From assembly GCA_032718475.1 (NCBI GenBank), contig JAUCBJ010002727.1, positions 1 to 64,000 of the forward strand: a stretch of 64,000 nucleotides of DNA, read 5' to 3'. Below, piece by piece: positions 13,113 to 25,920 of this stretch. Source of the stretch: Nemertoderma westbladi. Its lineage: Eukaryota; Animalia; Xenacoelomorpha. The number at the start of each line of letters is the position of its first letter. Within the stretch, counting starts at the first letter, position 1. Under the pieces are notes generated by a model. The model was given only the letters and a program-made list of their open reading frames with translations, searched no databases and was not told the DNA's origin. The translations under genes and the position numbers were made by a program.

Positions 13113-14344
13113 ATTATTAGCCTAGGCTACATCTTGAAAGTCCGATGGACACCGACTTTATTTACTTACTAATTTACATTTTCCGTTTGTGCGCCACTCA
13201 AAATGCCACACCTCCTTCATTTTTAACCAAATTTTTTGAAATTTTCAGACAATGGTCTATAAATGTTTACCAATAAAACTGCTAGACAGAATTTTTAAAT
13301 TTTGTGTGCATGTGACGGGATCTACGGATCCCGGTTTATCCGTTGGGTTTTCTATCCACGCGTCCCCGCCGTGTGTGAAAGGTAAAAGAGTTCTGATGTT
13401 CGGTAATATGTATAAAGGTATAATAGTCTGATATAGCACAGTATAGTATGACACGGTTACCGGTAGATACAGAGATAAGTATGATGGCGGTAGCGGACGG
13501 TGACAGAAGTCCCCGTTCCACCCTACTGATCTGACTGAGTAAACTAAACTGAATAGGGAAGCACCAACAGGTAATATACTGATATATGTACTGCACAGTT
13601 GGCCATACTACTGTACCTAATCGATGCTGTCCCCCCATTGGCTAATATCCCACTTCTCGCCCTTTCACCTTCCCTGGTGTGTTTCCCGTTGCCCCTGTTG
13701 TTCTCTCTCTGTTAGGGGTTTGACCCCTGACCCTTATTGTGTGTGTCTCCTTTGGGGCCTATTGTCCCCGTTTACTGGGCTGACACGAGGTTGATTGGTA
13801 ATCAACCTCGTGCTCCCAATATTGCTTAACGGCTTACTTTGTGGGTTCATGTTAGCGGAATTGGATAAGCTAACACTCCCCCCCATGCTATCTTCCCGGT
13901 GAGAAGATAGCATCCAACTAAAGTGCGCTACAATTCTGCTGGATCCCGATCTATTATCGGGTGTGGGGTGGGTCTATTTTTTCGGAGTCGGCTTTCCAGG
14001 CCGCTCCCTATGGGTATGATGTCACTACCCTCTGGCGTCTCGTGTCGGGCCGATCGTGCGCTTCTCTCACACAATTTTTGTTTCCCCAACACTCTCACCA
14101 CTCTAACTCCGCTCTCTGACTCAACTCGCTCTTACCCTCTCCCCACACCTGGATCGCACTCTTCCCTCTCGCCAACAGCTCCTCTCACTATCTCCTCTCT
14201 ACTCTCTGCCACTCTCTAAGGCCCTAATCTCTAATGCTATCCCTGTGCTATCATACTATCTACCTTATCTAACTTACTAACTCTAACTATCTAACTCTAC
14301 TAACTACTAACTCTCTGCTAAGTCTACTAACTCTTACCAACTCT

Positions 14345-15050
14345 TCTACTACGTGGCGCTTAGGGTGCCCACAACCCTCTGCTACTACCTCCATCTACGT
14401 GGCGCTTGCGGTGCCCACAACCACTCTACTACTAACTCTAACTAAAACCCTCTATCTACGTGGCGCTTGTGGTGCCCACAACCATTCTACTACTACTTCT
14501 ACTCTGCTACTATCTTTCTAACTCTACTACCTGGCACCCTATGTGCCTGTCTACCCTACTACTCTACTCTCTGGCACCCTATGTGCCCTCTCTACTACCT
14601 CTAACACTCTAACTCTACTACCTGGCACCCTATGTGCCCTCTCTACTACTCTACTCTCTGGCACCCTATGTGCCCGTCTTTACTACTCTACTCTATCTAC
14701 ATCTCCACCTCAACTAATACCTCTATCTACGTGGCGCTTGCGGTGCCCACAACCACTCTCTGCTACTACTTTCTACGTGGCGCTTCCGGTGCCCACAACC
14801 CCTCTCTTACTACTTTCTACGTGGCGCTTCCGGTGCCCACAACCCCCCTACTACTACTCCTTTCTACGTGGCGCTTCCGGTGCCCACGACCCCCCTACTA
14901 CTCGTGGCATGACAATATGCCACACTCCCTTACCCCGCCGCCTTCTCACCTACTCTCCTTCTACGTGGCGCTTACGGTGCCCACAACCCCACTACTACTA
15001 CTCGTGGCATGACAATATGCCACACTCCCTTGCCCCGCCGCCTTCTAACT
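14345..15050 (-). repeat. Array of 14 short GC-rich hairpin motifs (3 types) separated by variable low-complexity spacers in the 3' UTR of element 1
   Basis: 8x cgtggcgctt...gtgcccac, 4x tggcaccctatgtgcc, 2x gtggcatgacaatatgccac. Confidence 0.85.
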
Positions 15051-15213
15051 CTACTCTCCTATCTTCTAACTACTTCTTACTTCTACTAACTATTATTTTA
15101 ATTATTTAATTATTTATTAATATTTATTTAAATTAAATAATTATTTTTGTGGGAAGGGCGTCTCGCCCTCATTCCCACCCCCCTCAGTCCAAAATATTGG
15201 ACGACTAAACCTC

Positions 15214-18200
15214 TTAACTAGGGCGATTCTTCCAACAGACACTCTCCCACTGCTGCTCTTGTAGGTCCTGTAGGATTCGCCGCACTCTCTTCGCCAATTC
15301 CATCTCACCAGGAATTGGTTCTCCCTCTTCTGCCACCCTGAAATCGAGTCTCTCCGCCGCCTTCTTAACTAGCTCATCTCCTGGCATCAAAATGCCACCT
15401 CCCTCCTTGTTGTCTCCCGCCGGCAGAATGAATAACAAGTGAAAGAACAGGCAGAACAGAAGGTACAATAGTAGTCCTATCCCTTTCCATCCTGCCTTCC
15501 TTCTCGACTTCCCCCTTGTCGGTATGCCTCCAAACCGGACCAGCGTCTCTTCCGGACACTCCTCTAGACACTCCTTCCGACACTCCTCCAGGCACTCCCC
15601 CGGAGTGTTGTCCTCCGGACACCTCGCCGTCCGCTCCGCTCCATCTCCATACCGATGCTTGCTGGGAAACCTACTCTCCTCTGCCCACTTTATTACTGTC
15701 ACCTCCCTATCTGGATCTACTATCTCCTGTTTCTCCTCTTCGTCCTCTGCGCCTGCGGTGCCTGGTAACATGCACCCTGATGTCTCTGTCACACTGCATG
15801 GGATCTTAGTTTTAACTGGGCCGCTAAGCATCCATCCGAACGGCATGAGGATCGCCGTCGGGTCCCGCTACCTGTCTTCGCCGAAGACCGTCTTCGTTCT
15901 CTCGTGGGCCGTCGGGCAGTCCATCCCTACTATAATGGACACCTTCCTAACGTCCACCTTTGGTATTGAGAAATCGATACCGTCCAGGAATCTATATTGT
16001 TCGACCTCAATGTTGGTTGGTCGCCTGGCGTTGATGTTTATCGATTCTATGACGTGGATGGGGTCGATCGTCGCCCCATAGTCGTATCCCGGTGCAATCG
16101 CTGCTATCCTGCACCGCCCCGCCCTCGTCTCCAGGACCTCATCTTTACTCGAGACGGTAGTCACCGCCATTCTATTCGGCCTTGTCTTTAGCCCTATCTC
16201 TTCGGCCACCCAGTTCTCCACCAGCGTGAAGGCTGCTCCGCTGTCGACCAGCATTAATGTCGTTACTGATCGACCGCCCTCTCCTGATATCTTTACTGGT
16301 ACTACCCCGAGTAGTACTTTTCTCTTCTTCTTCTCTTCTGTCGTGCTTGTGGCCATTGCCTGGCCTCCAGTCTCGGACTCTCTAACTGCTGTTTCTCTAC
16401 ACTCTCCGGACCTGTGTCCTTCTACCACGCATCGATGACATAGTCCGTTCGCGTCTGTGTAGGCTATACGATCTTGTTTGGGCAACGCTTGCCAGTGCTT
16501 ACAACTCCTGGTCTTATGTGTTCCATCCCGATGTAATTGACATTCGAATCCTGGATCATAGCGTTCCCTGTATAGTCCCTCACGTATCGCGCCTAGGTTC
16601 ATATGTACCGATTTAGTGTTTTGGTTGTCTGTATTCGGCCTACTGGGTACATTGGGATTATGTTTATTTATGGTGTTATTTTCTTTCTGTCCCCGCCACG
16701 GTGTGGCCCTGCTACCAGCTAACTGTGGACTAGCAGTCCCCTGTGTGGCCGCATGTGGTAGTGATTGTCCTACTCTCGGGAGTGGATCTGCAGGATCGTG
16801 TTCGGGTTTATGGCTTGTCCCCAAACTATCCTCGCTATAGACTGGGTCTGTTATTAATTCGGCTTCATAGTTGAGGAAGCTCGACATTTCTTCTAGGCCC
16901 GGTTCCGCACCTTTCTTCTCACGTGTGGAGAAAGCGATTTTCCTCCACTTCCTTCGTAACCAGACCGGCAGTGCCTGCGCTATCGTGGTGATGTTGTTAG
17001 ACGCGTTGAGTTCGTATGGTGCGTCTAGCGTCTTTAACACGATTAACGCCTTCTCGACCTTGTTTGCAAAGGTCCTTATGCTAACGGGATTGTCCTGTAG
17101 GCCATCCGATGTTATGCCTCTCAGGGTTTGCCGGATGATCTTGGCCGGGTGCCCGTATTCCCTATCTAGCGCCCGCCATGCTGTCGTGAAGCCGCCCTCG
17201 ATGCCCTGGTATTGCCTCACGATGTCGTATGCTGGGCCTCCTGTATATACTTGCAGATATTTTAGGCACTCCGCCTGCGTCAAGTTCTTACTTAATATTT
17301 CGTTACTATACATACGCTGAAACTGTAGGTATTCTTCCGGCCTACTCCCATCGAATTTAAATGGTTCCACGGGTGGTAACTCGATCCTAGTTTTTAATGC
17401 ATCGATCAATGTGGCCATTCCCATCGCTTGCGCTTCTAATGGGTTCGATGGATGTTGTATAGTTTCTCCTGTTGGGTGCGGTCCGTCCGTCCTATCTGTT
17501 GTTGTCCTTTGCGTCGGATATATCATTGGGGGTAACGGCCCCCTCCATATTTCCGTGTCGCATGATCTGTTCTCGTCCAAGGGGTTTGATGTTCTCGCTC
17601 CTATTGGGGTATATTGTTGATATTGTGATGGGGGAATGTCACCCTGTCCCCCCCCCACCGGTATGTTTAGTACTGGGGTTGATGTTAATATATTGGGGCC
17701 CATACATCTATCCGCAATAATTCCCCCCTCCCCTGGATATATGTAATGTCCTTGTGTATTATAGTCATGCTGCTGTACCGGTACCGATATAGGCCTATCT
17801 GCTTCTTGCCTGCCTACCGGTATGTACTCCGCGACTTCCGGGTTTAATCCCGTCGTCCGCGCTACCCTATCGCCTACTCTATCTCTCCCAGCATGGCCTA
17901 TAATAGTATGTGCAGTAAGGCCTACAGTATGTCCTGCAGTCTGCATGTGCCCTTCCGAACCGAAGTTTATTCTTCGCGAATCTCGAATCTCCCTGCGACT
18001 ACCGTACTCTCGATCGGCAGCTATATCCCGTCGGGAAGTTTCCCCTCGATCCCCTCTCCTGTTCTCGTCTTCGTATCGGTACGTCCTGTACCCCTCTCTT
18101 GGCGTGCGGTGCGTTTCTCCGGGGCGACGGCAATCTCCCGAAGTTCGACCCCACTGACTCCCTACCTCCATCTCTACTATCGACGGCTCGCTATCCGTCC

Positions 18201-19818
18201 TCGCTCTCCGGTTGCTCCTAGCAACGACTCTTCTATTATCTTCCTTTCTTCTCTCTTCGACCTCTCGGTTAAACTCTGCTAATCTTCTTCTATCTTCGAC
18301 CTCTCTATTATACTCTACTAATCTTCTCCTATCTTCGACCTCTCTATTAAACTCTACTAATCTTCTCTCTTCTGACTGGGCTCGACGTTCCGTCGCCCGC
18401 CCTCTCGCGACGTCAACCTGTCTCTCTCTGCTCGATCGCACGCCGCTGGGGATACTCGCAATCCCCCTATTACTCTCCGTCGCCGGGTGTTGCGGTTTAC
18501 CTGATTCGGCCCGCGCATTATCCGCCGACGCCTGTGGGACACTCCCTGCCCCGGGATTATTTAAGTTAGAATTATTATTATTTTCAAAATTTAAATTGCT
18601 ATTCGAATTATTTGAATTATTTTGATTATTCTGAATATTTGAATTAATATTATTATTTGAATTTAAACTTAAATTACTACTACCGGGTAAAATATTTCCT
18701 GTAATAAAGGGATTAGGGTTATTTACTACGGTACTATTAATACCAATATTTCCTAACGCACTACTACTACTCCCCCCGCCCGTACGGTTGCTGTACGTAC
18801 TGTACGTGTACCGCACGCTCTGTTCTCTTGCCTCACGCTCTTCGCGTTCACTCTCTTGCTCCTTCCTTCCCCTCAGTCGCCACTCTAATTCTTCCATTTT
18901 TAATTTATATGCCATGCGTTCACTCTCTCGCACCAGTCTTTCTTTTGCGGATGATGTAGCAGACTTATCGGTTGCGACGGACTCCCGCCGCCCCTCCGTC
19001 CTACTAACTTTCCCCCGCTCTCCGGGATTCTCGCTGACCAACGAGACCGAATCATCGGAGCTAACCTCGGATTCGCCCTCGTGCGGTCCCGCCCAACCCA
19101 CTAACTTAACTTCCCTGGCATCGACTAAGTATGGCCCTATGTACACTACACCAGGCCCCATACCCCTACATTCCCATAGCCCAAACAGTTCGAAGGCAAC
19201 CCCTCTCGCTCTCTCCCTGGCTAGTTCTCCCTGCCCAGAACGCACTAGGTAATCAAAGTATCTGTTCGACTCACCTAGTCGTCTCCTCAACTTCACCTGG
19301 TCTATCTCAGCCCCTCCTCTAGCTTCCTTCAGTTGTTCCCGGGTCGCGGCGTAGGCTCGTCGGAGCCGGACGACCCCGACGTCCTCGTCGTCGACATCTC
19401 CTCTCTCCCTCCGGGTTCGGCGTCGTACCGTCGGCTCCACCGTTGCCGTTCCGGTGGGCCGTCCGTCGCCCTCGGCCTCTCGCTGGCCGGCGACATCGGC
19501 ACATCGACTGCCATTGTGTGTCGACTCGTCTTCCTCTCCTCCCGACTCGTCTCCTCTACTCGACTCGCTCTCTCGCTGTAGACGACCCCCCACATCTTGG
19601 TTCGCCGGGTTGCTCGTTGGCGTGGCGTCAACCTGCGTCGACGTGGTCGGCGTAGCATCGACCGGCGTCGTGGGTTCGTATCGTCTCGCCGTGGCCTCGC
19701 GGATCGTTAGATCGTCGTCCGGGGTCCGCGGCGGTGTCGTTCCTCTCTCTCGACTCATCTTCGTCTTTAGTGGCTGGCAGCAACAGTCTGTCAGGGCAGT
19801 TGGATCTAGTTCTATCAC
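15214..19818 (-). pseudogene. BEL/Pao Gag-protease polyprotein with one in-frame TAG at 15868-15870
   Basis: DUF1759-type Gag core (FDGSRPEEY...LKYLQVYTGGPA...AWRALDREYG), zinc knuckle CHRCVVEGHRSGEC, protease LVDSGA; the frame continues past the stop into PTAILMPFGWMLSGP. Confidence 0.9.
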
Positions 19819-20509
19819 TGTCAGACTGTTAGGGCAGCTGCTAGGATTTTATCACTGTCAGGGCAGCTGGGCGGATCTGATTCTGTCACTGTGACGGGAT
19901 CTACGGATCCCGGTTTATCCGTTGGGTTTTCTATCCACGCGTCCCCGCCGTGTGTGAAAGGTAAAAGAGTTCTGATGTTCGGTAATATGTATAAAGGTAT
20001 AATAGTCTGATATAGCACAGTATAGTATGACACGGTTACCGGTAGATACAGAGATAAGTATGATGGCGGTAGCGGACGGTGACAGAAGTCCCCGTTCCAC
20101 CCTACTGATCTGACTGAGTAAACTAAACTGAATAGGGAAGCACCAACAGGTAATATACTGATATATGTACTGCACAGTTGGCCATACTACTGTACCTAAT
20201 CGATGCTGTCCCCCCATTGGCTAATATCCCACTTCTCGCCCTTTCACCTTCCCTGGTGTGTTTCCCGTTGCCCCTGTTGTTCTCTCTCTGTTAGGGGTTT
20301 GGCCCCTGACCCTTATTGTGTGTGTCTCCTTTGGGGCCTATTGTCCCCGTTTACTGGGCTGACACGAGGTTGATTGGTAATCAACCTCGTGCTCCCAATA
20401 TTGCTTAACGGCTTACTTTGTGGGTTCATGTTAGCGGAATTGGATAAGCTAACAGTGCAAATTGTGTTTTAGTCCGATAATTTGAAATCTGATCAAAATT
20501 TCAAAACTC

Positions 20510-23212
20510 TGCCTAGAAGTTTTATTGTTCAATATGTCTAGAAGTTTTATTGGTCAATATGTCTAGAAGTTTTATTTGTCAATATGTGTAGAAGTTTTAT
20601 TGGTCAATATGTCTAGAAGTTTTATTGGTCAATATGTCTAGAAGTTTTATTTGTCAATATGTCTAGAAGTTTTATTGGTCAATATGTCTTAGAGAAGTTT
20701 TATTGGTCAATATGTCTAGAAGTTTTATTGTTCAATATGTCTAGAAGTTTTATTGGTCAATATATCTAGAAGGTTTATTGGTCAATATGTCTAGAAGTTT
20801 TATTGGTCAATATGTCTAGAAGTTTTATTGGTCAATATATCTAGAAGTTTTATTGGTCAATATGTCTTAGAAGTTGTATTGGTCAATATGTCTAGAAGTT
20901 TTATTGGTCAATATGTCTTAGAAGTTGTATTGGTCAATATGTCTAGAAGTTTTATTGGTCAATATGTCTTAGAAGTTGTATTGGTCAATATGTCTAGAAG
21001 TTTTATTGGTCAATATGTCTTAGAAGTTGTATTGGTCAATATGTCTAGAAGTTTTATTGGTCAATATGTCTAGAAGTTTTATTGGTCAATATATCTAGAA
21101 GTTTTATTGGTCAATATGTCTAGAAGTTTTATTGGTCAATATGTCTTAGAAGTTGTATTGGTCAATATGTCTAGAAGTTTTATTGGTCAATATGTCTTAG
21201 AAGTTGTATTGGTCAATATGTCTAGAAGTTTTATTGGTCAATATGTCTAGAAGTTTTATTGGTCAATATATCTAGAAGTTTTATTGGTATATGTCTAGAA
21301 GTTTTATTGGTCAATATGTCTAGAAGTTTTATTGGTCAATATGTCTAGAAGTTTTATTGGTCAATATATCTAGAAGTTTTATTGGTCAATATGTCTAGAA
21401 GTTTTATTGGTCAATATGTCTAGAAGTTTTATTGGTCAATATATCTAGAAGTTTTATTGGTCAATATGTCTAGAAGTTTTATTGGTCAATATGTCTTAGA
21501 AGTTGTATTGGTCAATATGTCTAGAAGTTTTATTGGTCAATATGTCTTAGAAGTTGTATTGGTCAATATGTCTAGAAGTTTTATTGGTCAATATGTCTTA
21601 GAAGTTGTATTGGTCAATATGTCTAGAAGTTTTATTGGTCAATATGTCTAGAAGTTTTATTGGTCAATATATCTAGAAGTTTTATTGGTCAATATGTCTA
21701 GAAGTTTTATTGGTCAATATGTCTTAGAAGTTGTATTGGTCAATATGTCTAGAAGTTTTATTGGTCAATATGTCTTAGAAGTTGTATTGGTCAATATGTC
21801 TAGAAGTTTTATTGGTCAATATGTCTAGAAGTTTTATTGGTCAATATATCTAGAAGTTTTATTGGTCAATATGTCTAGAAGTTTTATTGGTCAATATATC
21901 TAGAAGTTTTATTGGTCAATATGTCTAGAAGTTTTATTGGTCAATATGTCTTAGAAGTTGTATTGGTCAATATGTCTAGAAATTTTATTGGTCAATATGT
22001 CTAGAAGTTTTATTGGTCAATATATCTAGAAGTTTTATTGGTCAATATGTCTAGAAGTTTTATTGGTCAATATGTCTTAGAAGTTGTATTGGTCAATATG
22101 TCTAGAAGTTTTATTGGTCAATATGTCTTAGAAGTTGTATTGGTCAATATGTCTAGAAGTTTTATTGGTCAATATGTCTTAGAAGTTGTATTGGTCAATA
22201 TGTCTAGAAGTTTTATTGGTCAATATGTCTAGAAGTTTTATTGGTCAATATATCTAGAAGTTTTATTGGTCAATATGTCTAGAAGTTTTATTGGTCAATA
22301 TATCTAGAAGTTTTATTGGTCAATATGTCTAGAAGTTTTATTGGTCAATATGTCTTAGAAGTTGTATTGGTCAATATGTCTAGAAGTTTTATTGGTCAAT
22401 ATGTCTAGAAGTTTTATTGGTCAATATATCTAGAAGTTTTATTGGTCAATATGTCTTAGAAGTTTTATTGGTCAATATGTCTTAGAAGTTTTATTGGTCA
22501 ATATGTCTAGAAGTTTTATTGGTCAATATGTCTTAGTTGTATTGGTTAATATGTCTAGAAGTTTTATTGGTCAATATGTCTAGAAGTTTTATTGGTCAAT
22601 ATATCTAGAAGTTTTATTGGTCAATATGTCTAGAAGTTTTATTGGTCAATATATCTAGAAGTTTTATTGGTCAATATATCTAGAAGTTTTATTGGAAGTA
22701 TGTGCAATTTCAACAATTTGATACCCTTAATAACCCACCCTTAAATTAACTCTGCCTAGAAGTTTTATTGGTCAATATATCTAGAAGTTTTATTGGAAGT
22801 ATGTGCAATTTCAACAATTTGATACCCTTAATAACCCACCCTTAAATTAACTCTGCCTAGAAGTTTTATTGGTCAATATATCTAGAAGTTTTATTGGAAG
22901 TATGTGCAATTTCAACAATTTGATACCCTTAATAACCCACCCTTAAATTAACTCTGCCTAGAAGTTTTATTGGTCAATATGTCTAGAAGTTTTATTGGTC
23001 AATATGTCTAGAAGTTTTATTGGAAGTATGTGCAATTTCAACAATTTGATACCCTTAATAACCCACCCTTAAATTAACTCTGCCTAGAAGTTTTATTGGT
23101 CAATATGTCTAGAAGTTTTATTGGTCAATATATCTAGAAGTTTTATTGGAAGTATGTGCAATTTCAACAATTTGATACAGACAAAACCCTTAATAACCCA
23201 CCCTTAAATTAA
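20510..23212. repeat. 25/26-bp satellite (tct(t)agaagtt(t/g)tattggtcaatat(g/a)) ending in four higher-order units of ~105-130 bp
   Basis: Direct periodicity; 25+26 dimers give the spurious 17-aa repeat ORFs. Confidence 0.97.
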
Positions 23213-24100
23213 TAAACATTCCAGACCATTAAGTTATTTAATTTAACATCATCAGCAGTTGAAGAGTACGCAGTAATTGGAATCGTTGTAATTATGGAAG
23301 CAAAAGCAATATAGTAAAATACTACAGTTCGATTTATTATGTAACACAAAACTCGAAATAGTAATACTTATACTATTTATACTACAAAACAAACAATGGG
23401 CCTACTAATTTGAATATTTATGCTAAATTTTAATTTTCTTCAAAATTATGGACAGTAGACTATTCTTTACGGAACATATTGCTACTTACGATTTGTTAAT
23501 TAATTACAGATTAATTTTTAATCTTGCCGTAAATATATATGATATTTTCGCGGCCTCTATGTTCTTTACGATGGTCGGGTAGCTATCGGGAAACAAGAAT
23601 AACTTTGAGAAAATAGTTTGTATAGAACTGATTTTGGCTTCAGAACTGATTTTGGCTTCAGAACAACCCATTTTAATGATTTAATGACGAACACAAATGT
23701 GCCATGATCTCAATACCACAATAATGCAGTAAGGGCCCTTTTTCTGGACACTGACACATAACCGGATGGACACAAAGACACTACAGAACGAATCAATGCA
23801 AGCACGATGGTGCGAATTGGAGTATATTATGTTCCGTATAGGTTTTCAGATTTTTTTTTATTTGAAACTTTAGTAGGCCAACACTCCGATGTTGTTATGG
23901 CCTCTAATTTGTATACTTTATATATATAAGCCGAAAGCTCACCTGGCTACTATAACAAATTTCCCAACAACAAAAAAAAACGCAAAATATTGTATACAAC
24001 AGAATCCTAGAATAAATAACGTTACCTACTGCAGTAGGGAGTAATGACGTCATACTATTACACGATGTGGGTGCCATACCTAATGTATAACTGCTATAAA

Positions 24101-24994
24101 CTAAACGACTTCCGTATCAATGTAAACCAACGGAACACTCCTGTATCCCAAATACTGCTCCCTATCCCTGAGGTACTCCTCCTGCTCCTTATTACCTTTA
24201 TCCTCTACAGCGAGTTTCATGGCGAGTTTCCGAGTCACTTTAACCAAAGTCCTGAAATCGTGAGGAGGAAAGCAAACATGGACTCCGATCAAATCGACCA
24301 ACTTCATGTAGGAGTGGATGTTGGTTCGGCGGATGTTACCGAGTTCCTTCCTGCGTTTATCCACCAGTTCCTGCAGTCTTGCTTTTCCCATCTTATCTTT
24401 ATGATTCCTAGCAACGTGTTCTATTAGGTTGTGAATCTGTACAGTTAGTCTACCGACACGGACCTCAGACGAGGTCTTATCGTCTCGATGGAAACGCAAA
24501 CAGTCCAACATGGCCCGATGTCGGGCCTCCTTAACGTTATCGGGGTTCTTTAGCGTCGACTGGATGTAGCGCAGTAGATCGGGATTCCGACGGATTACCG
24601 ACTCTAGGTGTTGGAATCTCTCCGGAAGTTTCTGCTCTATAGTATCTCTATCTATCGCCTGTATCAACGGACCTGTTTCCGCCGTTAGATCCTCACGTTT
24701 TGGATGGAAACTCTTCTTGTATTCCTCCCAATCCGCCGGTAACCGTTTATACGCGCTAACTGGCAGATATGACGGAACCTTTCGGGATTCCTCCCCCGAT
24801 ATTTTTAAATTGTCCACTTTAAATTTAGCGATTTTCGGCATCTCCGCCCGCTTTGTTTTGTCTGTACCGGTGAGGTCGTCGTCTTTATATTTTGTACTGT
24901 AATAAACCATCGATAGACCAGTAACAGTAAAGCGGCAACGGTTTCTTCGAGTTTGGAGTAATCCACATCGGAAACTCTTCGCAGCGACAAACAT
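24101..24994 (-). CDS. MRPS15: Mitochondrial ribosomal protein uS15m, single-ORF gene
   Basis: S15 motif DKTSSEVRVGRLTVQIHNLIEHVARNHKDK...LQELVDKRRKEL and an Arg-rich N-terminus resembling a transit peptide; 297 aa. Confidence 0.9.
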   Translation of the reverse strand: MFVAAKSFRCGLLQTRRNRCRFTVTGLSMVYYSTKYKDDDLTGTDKTKRAEMPKIAKFKVDNLKISGEESRKVPSYLPVSAYKRLPADWEEYKKSFHPKREDLTAETGPLIQAIDRDTIEQKLPERFQHLESVIRRNPDLLRYIQSTLKNPDNVKEARHRAMLDCLRFHRDDKTSSEVRVGRLTVQIHNLIEHVARNHKDKMGKARLQELVDKRRKELGNIRRTNIHSYMKLVDLIGVHVCFPPHDFRTLVKVTRKLAMKLAVEDKGNKEQEEYLRDREQYLGYRSVPLVYIDTEVV

Positions 24995-25621
24995 TTCAAA
25001 TTATATTACATTTATTTTGTCTAATATACTGCTCTACATGTTTACAGCACTGCTACACTGCAGTATCGGATCAGATAGTGGCACAGTGGGTCAAATTCAG
25101 TAACGAGAACTTTTCATTTATCATGTAAATGTAAATATTCGGTACATTGTACATGTACATTATAAAACCACATAGGGCAGTAGGGTATATCATTTGCGTA
25201 GAGGTATAGGGTATAGCCTATATACATAACGCCTACCTGTAGGCTGTAGGATGGTGCAAAATAAAATAAAATGTATATGATCATGCAGGCAGTTAGCAAA
25301 GGAGCATGTTAAGGAGGCCCGGTTCAGTAGTGAGTAAAGGAAAGGGATCACATAATTATTTTGGGTAAATTTATTGTTGTACTCTGTGTGGCCTCAGTGG
25401 CGTGCCGAGGGTTTTATGCGCCCAGGGGCGGGGGCAAGTACAACAAATATTCGCCCCACCCCCCCCCCCCCCCCCCCCTAAAAAAAAACTTCATAATGTT
25501 AGTTTAAATAAATAAGCGTGCAAACTATTTTATATTTGTTACATAATTAACGTTTTACTTTTATTTCTAATTAAATAGACTAAAATGAGACGATATTAAC
25601 TTAAATTACAATTTTTAAATC

Positions 25622-25860
25622 CTCCTCCTACAGAGGCTCCTCATTGCCATTCAGATCGGCAATGCCGCTTCGATCTTAGGATCGATTAGGTCCACGGACG
25701 AGGGTCTGTTGGACCTCGTCTCCTAGGCTCCTCCACTTGCGTTCCCCGCTCCCCCTATCCCATCTCCCCTCCCCCTTATAACTCTTATTCCCCCGCCCCC
25801 TTTGTAATTTGTCTCTATTCTGAGATGCTTTCTATAATTTGTGCTTCATTATTGTAGTAT
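25622..25860 (+). mobile_element. 3' end of a CRE-like (RLE) non-LTR retrotransposon
   Basis: Reads LLQRLLIAIQIGNAASILGS...*, matching the C-terminal QRLS.A.QRGNA..ILG motif of CRE-clade elements, followed by a pyrimidine-rich 3' UTR. Confidence 0.55.
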
Positions 25861-25920
25861 TTCTATTTGTTTGTAATAATTAACTTTTGCAATTAATTAT
25901 ATAATTTTTAAATCGAGGCA

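Larger units (their letters stand above)
13311..20454 (-). mobile_element. BEL/Pao LTR retrotransposon, non-autonomous (Gag-protease only), element 1
   Basis: 565-bp LTRs at 13311-13875 and 19890-20454 (one mismatch seen), TSD GTGCA, PPT GGGGGGGAG at 13876-13884; no RT, RNase H or integrase. Confidence 0.95.

Noticed and set aside
13257-13638. Duplicated short ORFs inside LTRs (also 30383-30642 and 45573-45794)
   Set aside because: Identical only because the LTRs are duplicated; no protein features.
14345-15050. CRISPR-like appearance (repeats with variable spacers)
   Set aside because: Spacers are low-complexity and related to each other, there are no cas genes, and the context is a eukaryotic retrotransposon.
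20828-22232. ORFs (VNMSRSFIGQYVLEVVL)n
   Set aside because: 25+26-bp satellite dimers; no stable frame.
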